In this document: positions 61,239 to 64,000 of the stretch, piece by piece
How positions within the stretch are numbered: the first letter of the stretch is position 1
Layout: each line of letters opens with the position of its first letter
Program-made: the position numbers and the translations under genes
The notes under the pieces: generated by a model
Seen by the model: the letters and a program-made list of their open reading frames with translations, nothing else
Databases searched by the model: none
Told to the model about the DNA's origin: nothing
DNA from: an uncultured Victivallales bacterium
GTDB taxonomy: Bacteria > Verrucomicrobiota > Kiritimatiellia > UBA8416
Length of the DNA stretch: 64,000 nt
Direction: 5' to 3'
Assembly (NCBI GenBank): GCA_964609395.1
Contig: CAZSRU010000007.1
Span: 47-64,046, forward strand

Positions 61239-62411
61239 TCACCCTTCTTTCTGATTAATGCCTGGCAGCAGGATGTCACCCTCATGAAGCAAGCGATCTT
61301 CAGCAAAAGCCTGGCGTAACACATCCTCAATTCCAGGGATAATCGTAATCTGAGCGCCGTTTTCAGAAGTACATGTTTCTCCTTCGACCGGGCGGACGGG
61401 ACAGGCCCGGTGAATCGCACCGACTACCATGGTCTGGCGGGAGGCAAGCTCAAGATCGCAGATGAATGACGATCCTCCCTGCACCGCATCAAGCACCGCG
61501 TCCATCATCGCATGGCGCGCACCGGCACCCCCGCCGGTGGTTAGCCCGATCGGCTTACCGCCGCGCGGACTGATGGTAATACGGTTGTGAGTCATTAGAA
61601 TCTCGCCTTTTGTTCCCAAAATATGGATCTCCGGCTCAAATGTCTTCTTGCACGCGTGAGAAGCGTAAAACCGGATCGGCACCCCTTCCTCCGTTGTAAT
61701 ATGCATGCAGGCGGTATCGGCACTCTCGATGGCATTGGCCCTGTAGATCTCTGCATCCACCGATACGGGGATTGCCGCCTCGCGCTCGGTCGCGCCAGCC
61801 TGGAAAAGCATCATCATCAGCTCATGTGCCACGGCGTTGTTGAAAGGGGAGTCGTTAACGACGGCGTTCCCAACCGTGAGCCGGCCTGCCCAGCTGTTGC
61901 GCGTATAGTAAGAGTGGTCCCGCGGCCACATGACCAGGCACTTGATAGACTCCAGCTTGCCAATTGTCCCGTTCAGGATGTGACGCTTAGTATCCATGGT
62001 CGACTGGGCGTACATCTGCTGATAACCAACGGCTACGGTCCTGCCTGCTTTCTGTGCCGCTATCTGCATGGCTCGCACATCTTCGATACAGCCCGCCGCA
62101 GGCTTCTCCACAAGCACGTTCATCCCCGCCTCCAGCGCCGCCAGGGTCATTGGCCGGTGGAGGGGCGTCCCTGTGGGAATCATGCACAGTTCCGCCCTGC
62201 CGGAGAGTTCGGTCAGCATCACCCGGTAGTCGTCAAAAACACGACAGCCCAGTTCATTCAGGCGCGTACATTTGTCCGTTTCTTCAGTCGGATTAATAAT
62301 CGTTGCACCCGCGATCCCGACTTTGCCTGCCGCTTGCGCCGCAAGCAGCAGATCGTAATGAACCCGCCCATAACCTGACACACCGATTATACAGGATCGA
62401 ATCATAATCAT
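61239..62411 (-). CDS. Gfo/Idh/MocA-family NAD(P)-dependent oxidoreductase.
   Basis: N-terminal Rossmann fold IGVSGYGRVHYD and EKP motif (VLVEKPAA). Confidence 0.8.
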   Translation of the reverse strand: MIMIRSCIIGVSGYGRVHYDLLLAAQAAGKVGIAGATIINPTEETDKCTRLNELGCRVFDDYRVMLTELSGRAELCMIPTGTPLHRPMTLAALEAGMNVLVEKPAAGCIEDVRAMQIAAQKAGRTVAVGYQQMYAQSTMDTKRHILNGTIGKLESIKCLVMWPRDHSYYTRNSWAGRLTVGNAVVNDSPFNNAVAHELMMMLFQAGATEREAAIPVSVDAEIYRANAIESADTACMHITTEEGVPIRFYASHACKKTFEPEIHILGTKGEILMTHNRITISPRGGKPIGLTTGGGAGARHAMMDAVLDAVQGGSSFICDLELASRQTMVVGAIHRACPVRPVEGETCTSENGAQITIIPGIEDVLRQAFAEDRLLHEGDILLPGINQKEG

Positions 62412-62576
62412 TCACCTCGCCGTTTCAGGCACGCCCTTGGACTCCAATTTAGATGTGGAACGGAGATAATATACAACGTGATCGGCACTATGGCAATAGA
62501 CTGTTATTGGACACATGGTTCAAAACGACTAAAACGACTATTGACGCCCCTGCCACCATCCGACTAGAGTTCCCTG

Positions 62577-64000
62577 ATGATTCAACGGACCGTATTCCAA
62601 CCGATGTTACAGAATAAAACCGCGTGGCGGGTGGCGGCTGCCACCCTGCTGCTGGTGGGGCTGGTCGGTTGCCGGTCCGCGGCCTGGCACCGCGACAAGG
62701 CTGACAAGGTGGCCAGCCGCAACCTAGCCGCCGCACAGACTGCCGCCTTCGGACGGGAGGAGCCGCTGACGCTCGAAACCGCTGAAGAGCAGCTCCGCCA
62801 GCGGCTTTTCCGCGACCAGGCGTTGCCCACCGCCCTCGCGCTGGACGAAGCCGCGACCGCCAGCAACAGCGTCCCCGTCATAATCACGCTGACGCCGGAA
62901 ACCGCACTTCAGGTGGCCGCCCGCAACAGCCGCGAGTTCCAGGAGGCCAAGGAGACGCTCTACCGGGCCGCGCTGGACCTGGATCTGGAGCAGGCAGCCT
63001 TCCGCAATACCTTTGCCGCCATGTTCAGTGGCGCGTACAACCAGGCGGACGCCAGCGGTAGCGAAACCGTCCGTTCCACCCAAAGCTCGGGATCGACGGA
63101 GGTCACACACCGGTTCCGCAACGGGGTCGAGATGTCGGGCAGTATCGCCGTCGATCTGGTAAAGCTGCTGACGCAGGACTCCGCCTCCTCGCTGGGCCTG
63201 CTGGCCGATGCCGGGATCTCCATCCCGCTGCTGCGCGGCGCAGGCCGCGATATCGTCGCCGAGCCCTTGCGGCAGGCGGAGAGGAACCTACTGTATGCCG
63301 TCTACACCTTTGAGCGGTTCAAGCGCGACTTCGCCGTCCGCATCATCAGCAACTATATCAGCGTCCTGCAGGCCGCCCAGCAGATCCGCAATGCCGAACA
63401 GAACTACAAGAGCCTGATCACCGCCACACGCCGGGCCCGGCGGCTGGCCGATGCCGGACGCCTGCCCGAATTCCAGTACGATCAATCGGTCCAGAACGAG
63501 CTGCGCGCCCGCTCACGCTGGATCCAGGCACTGGACAATCTGGCACAAAGCATGGACCGCTTCACCATGCTGCTGGGGCTGCCCCCCGACGCCCGCATCG
63601 AACTCGACCAGCAAATCCTCCGGGACTTGAACGAGAGCATCCTGGCGTCCGTCGCCACCACGGCAGCCACCACCACCAGCGAGATCCCGCCCGCTGACGC
63701 GCCGGTGGACCTGGCGGTCCCGGCACCGACGCCCGACGACACGCTCGGCATGACCGACGAACGGGCGATCACGTCCGCGCTCGAGAACCGGCTCGATCTG
63801 CGGATCGCCGGGATGGAAGTCGACGACGCCCGCCGGCGCATCAAGGTGGCCGAGGACAACCTGCGGGCCGAGCTGACGCTTTTCGGCAGCGTCCAGAGCG
63901 GGGCCCGCCGTTCCGGTTCGAGCGCTACCGAAGATGATGCCCGGCTGGATAACCTGGACTCTAGCGCCCTGCTCACGCTGAACCTGCCATTCAACCGCAC
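62577..64000 (+). CDS. TolC-like outer-membrane efflux protein, lipoprotein-type (LVGC). It is partial at the 3' end and not in the ORF track because it runs off the window. The start could equally be 62604.
   Basis: Manual translation gives MIQRTVFQPMLQNKTAWRVAAATLLLVGLVGC...LQVAARNSREFQEAKETLYRAALDLDLEQAAFRNTF... This is the OEP-family helical repeat pattern. Candidate promoter TTGACG-18-TAGAGT at 62541-62570. Confidence 0.55.
   Translation, partial: MIQRTVFQPMLQNKTAWRVAAATLLLVGLVGCRSAAWHRDKADKVASRNLAAAQTAAFGREEPLTLETAEEQLRQRLFRDQALPTALALDEAATASNSVPVIITLTPETALQVAARNSREFQEAKETLYRAALDLDLEQAAFRNTFAAMFSGAYNQADASGSETVRSTQSSGSTEVTHRFRNGVEMSGSIAVDLVKLLTQDSASSLGLLADAGISIPLLRGAGRDIVAEPLRQAERNLLYAVYTFERFKRDFAVRIISNYISVLQAAQQIRNAEQNYKSLITATRRARRLADAGRLPEFQYDQSVQNELRARSRWIQALDNLAQSMDRFTMLLGLPPDARIELDQQILRDLNESILASVATTAATTTSEIPPADAPVDLAVPAPTPDDTLGMTDERAITSALENRLDLRIAGMEVDDARRRIKVAEDNLRAELTLFGSVQSGARRSGSSATEDDARLDNLDSSALLTLNLPFNR

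Overview
High-GC bacterial chromosome segment, with flanks roughly 65-70% GC by eye (not computed). Housekeeping content is as follows. A dcw cell-wall/division cluster lies on the minus strand (mraZ-rsmH-ftsL-ftsI-murE-murF-mraY-murD-[LysM lipoprotein]-ftsW). It is followed by glnN (type III glutamine synthetase) with a candidate sigma-54 promoter. punA-like PNP and cca are also present. The F1Fo ATP synthase is split into two loci on opposite strands: atpB-[AAA ATPase]-atpE-atpF-atpH on plus, and atpA-atpG-[island]-atpD-atpC on minus. Further genes are gcvH-gcvPA-gcvPB followed by a PAP2-like protein and a NERD protein, pdxA, yceH, a HIT protein, an M16 peptidase, a CHASE2 adenylate cyclase, a fatty-acid desaturase, a lytic transglycosylase, a YgiQ radical SAM protein, and a TolC-like protein that is partial at the 3' end. 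Accessory content is as follows. (1) A ~4.2 kb insertion between atpG and atpD. It carries a visibly AT-richer two-gene cassette: a voltage-gated K+ channel homolog translationally coupled to a DnaQ-like exonuclease-BRCT protein. It also carries a HuH/RAYT-like Y1 transposase with a long C-terminal extension, an internally deleted tandem copy of that gene, REP-like hairpins, an orphan DUF2442 gene and a gene remnant. This is the most interesting locus in the window. (2) A ~5.5 kb lower-GC block encodes a secreted thermonuclease and a ~1480-aa secreted RCC1-propeller/TSP3-repeat protein. It sits next to an MmeI-like bifunctional R-M enzyme. (3) A second bifunctional type IIG R-M enzyme sits with an XRE antitoxin-like HTH gene. 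(4) A ~340-bp MITE-like element lies between the convergent cca and glnN genes. It has 25-bp perfect terminal inverted repeats and a flanking AAACAAAA(A)G direct repeat, and it inserted into the glnN terminator. (5) A DUF4143 AAA ATPase with its own sigma-70-like promoter is inserted between atpB and atpE. No tRNA, rRNA or CRISPR array was seen.
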